DNA of 64,000 nucleotides, from the NCBI GenBank assembly GCA_963695795.1, contig CAVOHU010000006.1, positions 276,083-340,082 on the forward strand, read 5' to 3'. Within the stretch, counting starts at the first letter, position 1. Each line of letters opens with the position of its first letter. The DNA is from an uncultured Acidobacteriota bacterium (GTDB lineage: Bacteria; Acidobacteriota; Vicinamibacteria; Vicinamibacterales; JAKQTR01). This document shows, one piece after another, positions 37,900 through 46,954 of the stretch. The notes beneath the pieces were generated by a model. The model worked only from the letters and a program-made list of their open reading frames with translations. It made no database searches and was not told where the DNA came from. The translations under genes and the position numbers were made by a program.

Positions 37900-39511
37900 A
37901 TGTCACTGTCCATCGTCAATGCCTCGGCGGCGACCCTGACCAAGAACCGGACCGAGGATTCCGTCGTCCCGACCTCCGGCATGTGCGTGACCTGCGTGGA
38001 CGGCTGCATCGGCATGTGCGAGATCGGCAAGTCCGCCTACCGCGGCCACGAGGTGATCTACCCGCAGCCGTTCGGCGTGATCACCACCGCCGGCCGAGAA
38101 GCACTACCCGGTCGACTACTCGCACTTCAACATCATGGGCACCGCCGTCGGCGCCCACGGCATCGAGGCCGACAGCGACAAGGCGATCTTCCCGGCGGTG
38201 AACCTCGAAGTGTCGATCGGCCACGACAAGGGGATCAAGTTCCGCTATCCGTGGATCATCCCCGGCATCGGCTCGACCAACATCGCCAAGAACAACTGGG
38301 AAGGCCTGGCCATCGGCTCGGCCCTGGCCGGCACCGGGCTGACCATCGGCGAGAACGTCGTCGGCATGGACCCGGAGGCGGTGCTTCAGAACGGCCGCGT
38401 CGTCGACACGGCGGACCTGAAGCGCCGCGTGAAGCTCTACAAGGACCATCAGCGCGACGGCTACGGCGCCATCATCGTCCAGGCCAACGTCGAGGACACG
38501 CGGCTCGGCGTCCAGGAGTACGCCATCGAGAAGCTCGGGCGTCGCAGTGCGTCGAGCTGAAGTGGGGCCAGGGCGCCAAGGACATCGGCGGCGAGGTGAA
38601 GATCCGCGACCTCACGAAGGCGCAGATGCTCTACGAGCGCGGCTACATCGTGCTGCCCGAACCCGACGGACCCGCACGTGATCAAGGCCTTCGAGCGGGG
38701 CGCCTTCAAGGAGTTCGAGCGCCACTCCCGCGTCGGCATGGTGTACCGAGGAGGGCTTCGCCCAGCGCGTCGAGGAGCTGCGCAAGGCCGGCGCCAAGTA
38801 CGTCTTCCTGAAGACCGGCGCCTACCGGCCGGCCGACCTGGCCCGCGCCGTCGCGTTTTCCTCGAAGTACAAGCATCGACCTGCTCACCGTCGACGGCGC
38901 GGGCGGCGGCACGGGCATGAGCCCCTGGCGCATGATGAACGAGTGGGGCGTTCCGCCCGTCGAGCTGCATTCGCTGCTGTATCAGTACGCCAAGCGCTCG
39001 CGGACGAGGGAGGCCACCTGCCGGCGCTCGCGGTCGCGGGCGGCTTCACCTTCGAGGATGCAGATCTTCAAGGGGCTGGCGCTGGGCGCCCCATTCGTGA
39101 AGATGGTCGGCATGGCTCGGGCGCCGATCGCCGCCGCGATGGTCGGCAAGACCATCGGCCGGGCGATCGAGGAGGGGCAGCTTCCGGTCTACGTGGAGCG
39201 GTTCGGCAACACGCAAGGACGAGATCTTCGTGACCGCCGCGCAACTCCGGCACGAGCTCGGCGACGACGCCTTCGAGAAGCTCCCGACCGGCGCCATCGG
39301 GCTCTACACCTACTACGAGCGCCTCGCCCAGGGACTGCGCCAGCTCATGGCCGGCAGCCGCAAGTTCGCGACCGAGCACATCTCGCGGGACGACATTGCC
39401 GCGCTCACGCCGGAGGCGAGCCGGATCAGCGGCATCTCGTACGTGATGGACGTCGATCAATACGAGTCGGAGCGCATTCTCGCGGGTGCCTGCGCGCCGG
39501 TTCACGCCTGA
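37900..39511 (+). pseudogene. Glutamate synthase-related FMN protein (GltB FMN-domain family, no amidotransferase domain), heavily frame-disrupted as sequenced (9 indels)
   Basis: ATG 37900 follows GGAGAAGGAGGAG. Collinear homologous pieces change frame near 38092, 38540, 38550, 38662, 38747, 38874, 38997 (a 1-nt deletion), 39060 and 39214. The reconstructed 534-aa protein has no internal stop. It carries CVTCVDGCIGMCEIG, VELKWGQGAKDIGGEVK, LTVDGAGGGTGMSP and GGFTFEDQIFKGLALGA. Confidence 0.75.
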
Positions 39512-39542
39512 GGGCAGCCCGGTCACGCGGCGCGCCGCTCCG

Positions 39543-42431
39543 CTAGGGTGTGGCCAGGAAGCCGAGGGCTTCGTCCTTCTCGCCGTCCATGACGACGTGA
39601 AGCTCGTGGCCGTCGGCGACCTGGGCCACGTCAATCACTCTCACCGCCTCGGCGAGGTATGCGTACTCGGGCAGCATCGCGCTCAACTGGTTCGGAGACT
39701 GCAGGAAGAACGGCTCGTTGAACACGATGCCGTCCTCGTCCGGGTAGAGCGCCAGGTAGCGAATCCGGGATTCGACCAGGTCCTGGAAGAAGTGCGTCCC
39801 GAACGACAGGTCCGGCACGTAGCTGCCGGTCTTCCTCGCGATCTCGACCAGCATGGCCGCATTGCAGATGCCGGCGTAGGTCACCCGCACGCCGAGCGTG
39901 ATATCGCCCCGGCTCCCCCATCGCCCCGGCCCGACCAGGATGAACGCCCGCCGCGGCAGCAGCCCGTTCAGGCGGCTGACCAGGTCGCCGACGGCGTGCA
40001 TCTCGCTCATCGATCCGAGGCGACCGTACGCGATCGGATCGACATACACCACGTAACGGACACCCTTGATCTGGGCGCTGGTGACGTGCCGATTGGCCGA
40101 GAAGATCTGGTGCGCGGCGGGCACGTGCGCGGGGACGGGTTCCCTCCGCTCGTCCCCCGATCCGCTCTGCGGCCGGTACTGGAGCAGGTACAGGTCCCTC
40201 CCGTCGTGCGCGAACTCGACATCGACGGGTCCGCCCAGGACGCGCGACAGGATTCCCAGGATCTCCTGCATCTGCCGGACGAATTCCGTGGTCTCGACAA
40301 GCCCCGCGAAGGTGATCACCGTGTCGTCGCTGCCCGGCCTGAGGAGCAGCTTCGAGGGGCGGCGAAGCATGTCATCGGCATGAACGGAGACGATCTTGTC
40401 GAGGTGCGGGAACTGCGCACCAACCTCGAGGAGCAACGACCTGAAACTCCTCGACTCGAACTGGCCGGTCATCAGGTTGAGCACGTCGAGGTATCGCTGG
40501 GAGTAGTGAAGCGTCTCCTCGAGTGTGGCGTTGACGCGGAGGCCCGGTTGTCCGGGACATAGTAGGGCCGGATAGTCCTCGCCGACGCGATCCACCGCCC
40601 TGGTTCCAAGCCCGGCCACCAGGCGGATGATGCCATCGCCCCGCTTGATCCGTGGCGACCAGCGGAACTCGTTGTTGCTGAGGGCGACGCCGGCGAACAC
40701 CGGGAAGAAGTAGCGGCCGACCCGCGTGCCGACGACACGCTGGATGAGCACCGCCATCTGCTCGTTGAAATCGAGCAGTCCCCGTTCCTTGCGGTACTGG
40801 ATCGGATCGGGCCCGAACAGCGAGGCGTAGACCTCGGCGATGGCATCGGTCAGCGCCGCGAGCCGTTCGTCCTTGGTTCCCGTATTCGGCAGGAAGAGGC
40901 TGCGATACTTGCCGGAGAATGACGCGCCCTCGTTGTCCTCGAGGAGGCTCGACGAGCGCACGATGAGCGGCCAGTCGCCCAGATCGTCGAGCGCCAGCTT
41001 CAGCCCGTTGGTCAGCTCGGGCGGAAAGAAGGAGTGCTTGAAGGTCTGTTCCAGATACGCATGGCCCTGCTGGATTTCCTCGATCGGTGCGTACTTGATG
41101 CTCTGGATGTCCTCCAGGCTGTTGTACCGGATGAAATCGAGAACGCCATCCGACAACACGTACCAAGTATGAGGGACGCGAATCGACTCGATGAGCGGGT
41201 TGCCGCGGCCTTCCCGCCGCAGCACGTGCTGGGCCAGGAACAGCCCGGCGGCCTTTCCGCCAATCTTTCCGGTGCCGTGCGGGCGCCCGACGACGTGGTT
41301 GAGCAGCCGGCCAAAATCGTGGATGGTCAGATAGCGCTTCGCCGTCCCGACAAACGGCAGGCGCTCGGTCATGAACCGCTGGGTGAGGGCGGCCCGGACG
41401 TTGAGATCATCCGACGGCGAGAGCGCCGCCTCCCCCTCTCGCGCCGAGCGACAGAATCGGTCGACGATCTCTGTCAGCTCAGCGAGCGCCAGATCCCTCT
41501 GCTCGGTCGCCAGGGCGAGGAACCCGAGCTTGTCCTGCCGAATCCACTGCTTCAGCTGAACCGTCATGTCCTCGGCCGAATCGACGAGAGACGCGATTCG
41601 GATGATCTCGTCGAAGAGCCGGTTGACCGTCTCGAGGTCCTGCTTCGGCAGCGGCTGATTCCCGGCTGACTCGCGGCCGCGCGCCAGATACGTGGCGGGA
41701 TCGATCCGCTGAATGAGCTTCTGGACGCCGGGGACACCGAGCTTCGACAGGTGGTTCATGAGCCGCCGAAGCATGCGCCGCCACAGCATCGCGTCGGTGT
41801 CCTTCAGCAGGTCGAGGATGACCTCCCATTCGGGCTTTCGCGGGTACTGCTGCTGAACCGGCGCGAGACCGGCCCGGCCGCCGGTCTGGCTGATCTGCCG
41901 GCCATGGATGTAGCGGCCGACCCACGCGGCAATCGTGGTGATGAGCTTCTGCTCTTCGAGAAGAAACGGCTCCGAGAAGGTCGCCGGGCCTTCGATGTAT
42001 GCGACCTCGATCGCACCGCGCACCCGGCCGTCGACCATGATGGTTGCGCGCTGGACCCACGGTGTGGGCCGAAAGCCCGCTGCCTCGTAGATGTTGTCAT
42101 CGAATGAAAGCCGCGCCCGGCATCGCTCCGGGTACTGCCAGCCGTCAGGTATGAGCTTGACAATCTCGCGGAACACCTCGGCGGGCGGCAGGTGCGGATT
42201 CTCCAGCACGTCGGAGATCGCGTAGAGGCACCGCAGTTCTTTGGCGACCTCCTCGAGCCCGACGGCGTGTGACGGCGTCGCGCCGGTCGAGTCGGGGGGA
42301 GGGGCATCCCCACCGCGCTCCCACCGGGCGGGTATCTCGTGGTCGTCCTGGCGAGACGCCACGCGAGTCTGGCGATCCGATTCCTCGCCGCTTGATAGGG
42401 CCATGGCGCTGCAGCAGGCACATTCTCGCAC
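39543..42431 (-). CDS. PEP/pyruvate-binding (PPDK_N ATP-grasp) domain protein with N-terminal GAF-like domain
   Basis: Up to 962 aa. Has GKIGGKAAGLFLAQHVL and IVRSSSLLEDNEGASFSGKYRSLFL (PpsA/PPDK N-terminal nucleotide-binding motifs). I could not find a phosphohistidine swivel motif (TSHAA-like). An alternative start, MALSSGEE, lies at 42404. Confidence 0.7.
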   Translation of the reverse strand: MRECACCSAMALSSGEESDRQTRVASRQDDHEIPARWERGGDAPPPDSTGATPSHAVGLEEVAKELRCLYAISDVLENPHLPPAEVFREIVKLIPDGWQYPERCRARLSFDDNIYEAAGFRPTPWVQRATIMVDGRVRGAIEVAYIEGPATFSEPFLLEEQKLITTIAAWVGRYIHGRQISQTGGRAGLAPVQQQYPRKPEWEVILDLLKDTDAMLWRRMLRRLMNHLSKLGVPGVQKLIQRIDPATYLARGRESAGNQPLPKQDLETVNRLFDEIIRIASLVDSAEDMTVQLKQWIRQDKLGFLALATEQRDLALAELTEIVDRFCRSAREGEAALSPSDDLNVRAALTQRFMTERLPFVGTAKRYLTIHDFGRLLNHVVGRPHGTGKIGGKAAGLFLAQHVLRREGRGNPLIESIRVPHTWYVLSDGVLDFIRYNSLEDIQSIKYAPIEEIQQGHAYLEQTFKHSFFPPELTNGLKLALDDLGDWPLIVRSSSLLEDNEGASFSGKYRSLFLPNTGTKDERLAALTDAIAEVYASLFGPDPIQYRKERGLLDFNEQMAVLIQRVVGTRVGRYFFPVFAGVALSNNEFRWSPRIKRGDGIIRLVAGLGTRAVDRVGEDYPALLCPGQPGLRVNATLEETLHYSQRYLDVLNLMTGQFESRSFRSLLLEVGAQFPHLDKIVSVHADDMLRRPSKLLLRPGSDDTVITFAGLVETTEFVRQMQEILGILSRVLGGPVDVEFAHDGRDLYLLQYRPQSGSGDERREPVPAHVPAAHQIFSANRHVTSAQIKGVRYVVYVDPIAYGRLGSMSEMHAVGDLVSRLNGLLPRRAFILVGPGRWGSRGDITLGVRVTYAGICNAAMLVEIARKTGSYVPDLSFGTHFFQDLVESRIRYLALYPDEDGIVFNEPFFLQSPNQLSAMLPEYAYLAEAVRVIDVAQVADGHELHVVMDGEKDEALGFLATP

Positions 42432-42522
42432 AGGCCGCGCCGCGGCGATGGCGGAAACCGCCGGTTCGTGCGCCAGGCTTCAAGGCAGTTGGGGATGGCA
42501 CGAAGGGCCGGCCGCACCGGGA

Positions 42523-43119
42523 CTACGGCGCGGCCGGCAGCAGGTTCAAGAGGCCCAGTTCCAGGAACATCTGGTACAAGGTCGCGACCGGAAGCCCCAC
42601 GACATTCGAATAGGACCCCTCGACGGCCTCGACAAACCTCGATCCCAGTCCCTGAACCGCATAGGCCCCTGCCTTGTCGCGTGGCTCCCGGCTCCCGACA
42701 TACCAGGCGATCTCCTCGTCTGTCAGCCGGCTGAACCGCACGGTGGTCGAGACGGCCCTCGAGATCATCCGGCCTCCCGCCTTCACCGCCACCCCCGTCC
42801 AGACCTCGTGATCGCGGCCCGAAAGGGCCTCGAGCATGGACGCGGCGTCCTCGTCGTCGCGAGGCTTGCCCAGGATCCGCCCGCCGACGACGACGGCCGT
42901 GTCGGCGGCCACCACGATCTTCGAGGGATCGGCGGCAGCCACGGCGGCCGCCTTCTCGATCGCGAGGCGCTCGACGTAGGCCTGTACCGCTTCCCCATCC
43001 CGTACTCGTTCGTCGACCTCCGCGGGAACGATCGTGAATGTGAATCCGGCAGCGGACAGCAGTTCAGCCCTTCTCGGAGACGCGGATGCCAGGACGAGGC
43101 GCACGGGAGAATGATACAC
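42523..43119 (-). CDS. maf: Maf-like nucleoside triphosphate pyrophosphatase
   Basis: 198-aa ORF with [29 protein letters not shown] and KAGAYAVQG motifs. Confidence 0.85.
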   Translation of the reverse strand: MYHSPVRLVLASASPRRAELLSAAGFTFTIVPAEVDERVRDGEAVQAYVERLAIEKAAAVAAADPSKIVVAADTAVVVGGRILGKPRDDEDAASMLEALSGRDHEVWTGVAVKAGGRMISRAVSTTVRFSRLTDEEIAWYVGSREPRDKAGAYAVQGLGSRFVEAVEGSYSNVVGLPVATLYQMFLELGLLNLLPAAP

Positions 43120-43145
43120 TTACGTCCCTTCAGGTCGGTCAGCCT

Positions 43146-43478
43146 ATGCAGCCACTCTGCGACCTCATCCCAGGCGTGCTCAACTCCATCGTCCGGCGCG
43201 CGCCTCTCTCGCCGGAAAAGATCTCGATGGCCTGGCAGATCGCGGTCGGGCCTTCCATCGCCCGCAGTTCCCGCGCGGAGCTGACCTCTTCGGGCACGCT
43301 CGTAGTCCGCTTCGAGGACAGGCGGTGGATGAGGGCGGTCGAGCGGTCAACTCAGCTCATTTCGGATCGGCTGCGGGAGTTGCTCGGCTCGGAGGTCTTC
43401 GTTCGCCTCGCGCTCACCGCCCCTCAGTCGGCGCGTTCGCGCTCGATCGCCGATCCACCTGGGAGTCCCCCGCGATAG
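43146..43478 (+). CDS. DUF721 (DciA-like) domain protein
   Basis: 110 aa from ATG 43146: MQPLCDLIPGVLNSI...ISMAWQIAVGPSIARSSRAELTSSGTLVVRFEDRRWMRAVERSTQLISDRL. This pattern is typical of DUF721. Confidence 0.6.
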   Translation: MQPLCDLIPGVLNSIVRRAPLSPEKISMAWQIAVGPSIARSSRAELTSSGTLVVRFEDRRWMRAVERSTQLISDRLRELLGSEVFVRLALTAPQSARSRSIADPPGSPPR

Positions 43479-43537
43479 ACTCATGCGGTGCCGGAGCATT
43501 CATCGGTCGCCATACTTCCGCGGAGAGGAGCTGAATC

Positions 43538-44383
43538 ATGATCAAGAAGGTCGGCGTCATCGGCGCCGGAACGATGGGCAACGGGATCGCTCAGGTCTTT
43601 GCGCAAGCCGGCTTCGACGTCGTTCTGCAGGATGTGGTCCCCGCGGCGCTCACGAAGGCCAAGGGCACGATCGAGAAGAGCCTCGCGAAATTCGTCGAGA
43701 AGGGCAAGCTCGCCGCCACCGACCGCGACCAGGCGCTCTCCCGCCTGACAGCCACCTCCGATCTCGGCGCGATAGCCGGCGTCGACTATGTCGTCGAGGC
43801 CGCCGTGGAGAACTTCGAGATCAAGCGGCAGCTCTTCAAGGAGCTCGACGGCCTGACCCGGCCGGAGGTGATGCTGACGTCGAACACCTCGTCCATCTCG
43901 ATCACGGCGCTGGCCGCGGCGACCACGCGGCCCGACCGCGTGCTCGGCATGCACTTCATGAACCCCGTTCCGCTGATGACCCTCGTCGAGCTCATCCGGG
44001 GGCAGGCCACGTCGTCCGAATCGATGCAGGTCGCCACCGATCTGTGCAAGACGCTTGGCAAGACGCCGTGCGAAGCCGCGGACTACCCCGGCTTCATCGC
44101 CAACCGTATCCTGATGCCGATGATCAACGAGGCGATCTTCGCGCTGATGGAAGGCGTGGGCACGCCGGAGTCGATCGACACGGTGATGAAGCTCGGCATG
44201 AATCACCCGATGGGGCCGTTGACACTCGCCGATTTCATCGGGCTCGATGTCTGCCTGGCGATCATGGACGTGCTGCACCAGGGCCTTGGCGATCCGAAGT
44301 ACCGCCCATGCCCGCTCCTGAGGAAGATGGTCGCCGCCGGGCACCTCGGCAGAAAATCGGGGAAGGGGTTCTACGCGTACTGA
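43538..44383 (+). CDS. hbd: 3-hydroxybutyryl-CoA (3-hydroxyacyl-CoA) dehydrogenase
   Basis: 281 aa with [18 protein letters not shown] (Rossmann), [34 protein letters not shown] and [18 protein letters not shown]. Confidence 0.9.
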   Translation: MIKKVGVIGAGTMGNGIAQVFAQAGFDVVLQDVVPAALTKAKGTIEKSLAKFVEKGKLAATDRDQALSRLTATSDLGAIAGVDYVVEAAVENFEIKRQLFKELDGLTRPEVMLTSNTSSISITALAAATTRPDRVLGMHFMNPVPLMTLVELIRGQATSSESMQVATDLCKTLGKTPCEAADYPGFIANRILMPMINEAIFALMEGVGTPESIDTVMKLGMNHPMGPLTLADFIGLDVCLAIMDVLHQGLGDPKYRPCPLLRKMVAAGHLGRKSGKGFYAY

Positions 44384-44394
44384 TGACCGAATGA

Positions 44395-45000
44395 TCAGCT
44401 TCGTCGCGCTGCGTTCCTGAAGAATCGGAAGTAGAGCGCCGCGCCGACAAACGGTGAGAAGATCAGGAGCTCCCGCGCGAGCGCAACCAGGTTGCCGAGG
44501 ATGAACTCCCGGGGCAGCCAGTATCGCCGGGAGATGTCCCAGAAGAGGTCGAGTCCCGAGGAGTAATAGCGGGTGCTGAACGGCCAGAGCGCCTCGATGC
44601 CGAGCGGAATCGATGTGTCTCGGCCCAGCCAGTCGAGGCCTACGTGGCTCGCCACCGCGGCTGCGCACGCGGCGCCAACCGTCCATGCCTGAAGTCGAAG
44701 CGCTTTGGCGATTCCGGCGGCAAGGGCACCAACGATGACGGCCCCGCCGAGCGAGTGCGACGGGCCTCGATGGCCGCCGATCAGAATGTCGAGATCGGGC
44801 GCGAAGGCGAGGATCGCGCAGGCCACCGCGAGCCCGGAACCAGAGCGTCGCAGGACGAGCTTGAGGGTGGCCGCTGCCGGAGCGGACTCGCCCCCGCCGT
44901 TGAGTGTCTCCGTCGTCCAGGCAATCGTCAGCCCGACAAGCGCGTGACCGACAGGACTTGGCACGCTCCCAACCGTAGCAGTCCTTGAGATGCCGGGCAA
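44395..45000 (-). CDS. Membrane-bound metal-dependent hydrolase, YdjM/DUF457 family
   Basis: 201 aa with PVGHALVG...APDLDILIGGHRGPSHSLGG...HVGLDWL motifs and several TM segments. Divergent from recA. Confidence 0.65.
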   Translation of the reverse strand: MPGISRTATVGSVPSPVGHALVGLTIAWTTETLNGGGESAPAAATLKLVLRRSGSGLAVACAILAFAPDLDILIGGHRGPSHSLGGAVIVGALAAGIAKALRLQAWTVGAACAAAVASHVGLDWLGRDTSIPLGIEALWPFSTRYYSSGLDLFWDISRRYWLPREFILGNLVALARELLIFSPFVGAALYFRFFRNAARRS

Positions 45001-45107
45001 CCGCGAGTGCGGCAGTTCCTGCGATTCCCAGGAGGCAGGCGAAAGTCACCAGACCTGTAACACATTCATAATAAATGACTAACACGTGGTGAGCTGGTCA
45101 TGTTCGC

Positions 45108-45137
45108 TTGACTTGGCCCTGGTACGATTCTAGAATC
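45108..45137 (+). promoter_or_regulatory. recA promoter candidate with an overlapping perfect 12-bp palindrome (possible operator)
   Basis: TTGACT (45108-45113), a 17-nt spacer, then TAGAAT (45131-45136). The palindrome GATTCTAGAATC at 45126-45137 overlaps the -10 box. AAGGAG (RBS) lies at 45164-45169, before ATG 45174. Confidence 0.45.
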
Positions 45138-45173
45138 AACCTCTACGACAATTGTCGCCAATCAAGGAGCGTT

Positions 45174-46193
45174 ATGGCCGTCGACGAACGCACTGACCGC
45201 AACAAAGCTCTGGACGTCGCCGTGTCGCAAATCGAGAAGCAGTTCGGCAAGGGCTCGATCATGCGGCTCGGCCAGCGAGGAGCCATTGCTCCGGTCGATT
45301 CGATTCCGACCGGGGCGATCAGCCTGGACGTTGCGCTGGGGATCGGCGGCATGCCGCGCGGACGCGTGGTCGAAATCTTCGGCCCGGAGTCCTCGGGCAA
45401 GACGACGCTCGCCTTGCAGGTCATCGCGCAGGCACAGAAACTCGGGGGCATGGCGTCTTTTGTCGATGCCGAGCACGCGCTCGATGCGAGATACGCCAGC
45501 AAGCTCGGGGTCGATCTCGACAACCTGCTCGTCTCCCAGCCCGACAACGGCGAGCAGGCGCTCGAAATCGTCGAGGTCCTGGTGCGCTCGGGCGGTGTGG
45601 ACGTTGTCGTCGTGGACTCGGTCGCCGCGCTGGTTCCCCGCGCCGAGATCGAAGGCGAGATGGGCGAGGCGCAGATGGGATTGCAGGCGCGCCTGATGTC
45701 CCAGGCCCTTCGCAAATTGACCGGCGTCGTGTCGAAGTCGAAGACGTGCCTCATCTTCATCAACCAGCTTCGCGAGAAGATCGGCGTGATGTTCGGCAAT
45801 CCGGAAACGACGACGGGCGGCCGCGCCCTGAAGTTCTATGCATCGGTTCGCGTGGATATCAGGAGAATCGGCGCGCTCAAGGACGGCGATACCGTCATCG
45901 GAGGTCGCACGCGGGTGAAGGTGGTCAAGAACAAGGTGGCGCCGCCTTTCAGGGAAGCGGAGTTCGACATACTTTATGGCGAGGGCATTTCCAAGGAAGG
46001 CGACCTGCTCGATCTCGCTGTGGAGAACAAGATCGTCGAGAAGAGCGGGACCTGGTTCTCCTTCGGCGGCGAACGCCTGGGCCAGGGCCGCGAGAACGCA
46101 AAGCAGTTCTTGCGGGAGAACGCCGACCTCTGCGCCAAGCTCGAGGCGAAGGTGCGCAAGGAACTGGGACTGGTCAAGGAAGAAACGGCCTGA
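45174..46193 (+). CDS. recA: Recombinase RecA
   Basis: [33 protein letters not shown], Walker [22 protein letters not shown] and [23 protein letters not shown]. The ATG at 45174 was chosen downstream of the RBS, inside track ORF 45108-46193. Confidence 0.97.
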   Translation: MAVDERTDRNKALDVAVSQIEKQFGKGSIMRLGQRGAIAPVDSIPTGAISLDVALGIGGMPRGRVVEIFGPESSGKTTLALQVIAQAQKLGGMASFVDAEHALDARYASKLGVDLDNLLVSQPDNGEQALEIVEVLVRSGGVDVVVVDSVAALVPRAEIEGEMGEAQMGLQARLMSQALRKLTGVVSKSKTCLIFINQLREKIGVMFGNPETTTGGRALKFYASVRVDIRRIGALKDGDTVIGGRTRVKVVKNKVAPPFREAEFDILYGEGISKEGDLLDLAVENKIVEKSGTWFSFGGERLGQGRENAKQFLRENADLCAKLEAKVRKELGLVKEETA

Positions 46194-46292
46194 CGTCGCG
46201 CCGCGCATCGGCTTCAGCCCCGTTCGCGGGCTGGCCGGTACGAAACGGGGCGTGTTATAGTGAACACCCGCCGGTGGCGGACGGCCTCACGT

Positions 46293-46368
46293 GCCGAGGT
46301 AGCTCAGTTGGTAGAGCACTTGACTGAAAATCAAGGGGTCCCCAGTTCAAGTCTGGGCCTCGGCACCA
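46293..46368 (+). tRNA. tRNA-Phe (anticodon GAA), CCA encoded
   Basis: GCCGAGGTAGCTCAGTTGGTAGAGCACTTGACTGAAAATCAAGGGGTCCCCAGTTCAAGTCTGGGCCTCGGCACCA. It folds as a cloverleaf with acceptor GCCGAGG/CCTCGGC, anticodon loop CTGAAAA, and T-loop GTTCAAGTC. Confidence 0.95.
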
Positions 46369-46378
46369 CGTTCAGTCG

Positions 46379-46855
46379 CTAATCCAGCAAGCGATCCACC
46401 GACGCCCGAATCGTCAGCCAGCGCAATTGGTCCGCCGGCACGGGGACCTGCACCTTCACCTTGATCCGAGCGCCCGGAAGCAGGCGCTCGGGCAGGCTGA
46501 CGACGACCGCGTCCTCCCTCGACTCGCCGTACCAGACCTGCAGCGCTGCGTTCCCGTAGCCGACGCCGAACGGGTTGCCGACCGTCAGCGTGACCCGGCA
46601 TCCTTCGGCGTTCTCTTCGATCTTCCCGGCAGTTACCGTGAGCGGAAACCCGTACGGCGTTTGGACGAGCAGGTCGGCGGGCGCCGACAGGTCGAGCCGC
46701 GCCTCACGGCGAGCCGCTCCGGCCGCCTGCTCGCTGGATACGGCGGACTCGACAGCGGCCACTCGCGTGCTGAGTTCGATGAGCTTCCAGCCTTCGACGG
46801 CGCACAAGGCGACGAGCAGCAGACCGGCCAGGATGATTCCAGCCCGAGCACTCAT
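46379..46855 (-). CDS. Hypothetical membrane-anchored protein
   Basis: 158 aa from ATG 46855, with an N-terminal TM (IILAGLLLVALCAVEGW) followed by a beta-rich soluble domain. I recognise no motif. Confidence 0.45.
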   Translation of the reverse strand: MSARAGIILAGLLLVALCAVEGWKLIELSTRVAAVESAVSSEQAAGAARREARLDLSAPADLLVQTPYGFPLTVTAGKIEENAEGCRVTLTVGNPFGVGYGNAALQVWYGESREDAVVVSLPERLLPGARIKVKVQVPVPADQLRWLTIRASVDRLLD

Positions 46856-46954
46856 GACGGCCCCCTCTTGCCGGCGCGTTGCCGAGCACACGCCCGGTTT
46901 CGAACCGCGCACAGGATTGCGAGGGTCGACAGGCAGCGGTCTCCAGGCCGGGAC

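Noticed and set aside
37197-39511. Programmed ribosomal frameshifting as the explanation for the frame changes
   Set aside because: There are too many events (13 in 2.3 kb), in both +1 and -1 directions. I noticed no slippery heptamers or downstream structures at the junctions.
45162-46208. 348-aa minus-strand ORF antisense to recA
   Set aside because: recA identity on the plus strand is unambiguous. The antisense translation has no motifs.
46194-46292. Rho-independent terminator after recA (hairpins CAGCCC..GGGCTG and CCCCGTT..AACGGGG)
   Set aside because: GC-rich hairpins are present but there is no U-tract. Such palindromes are frequent in GC-rich DNA, so I did not call a terminator.
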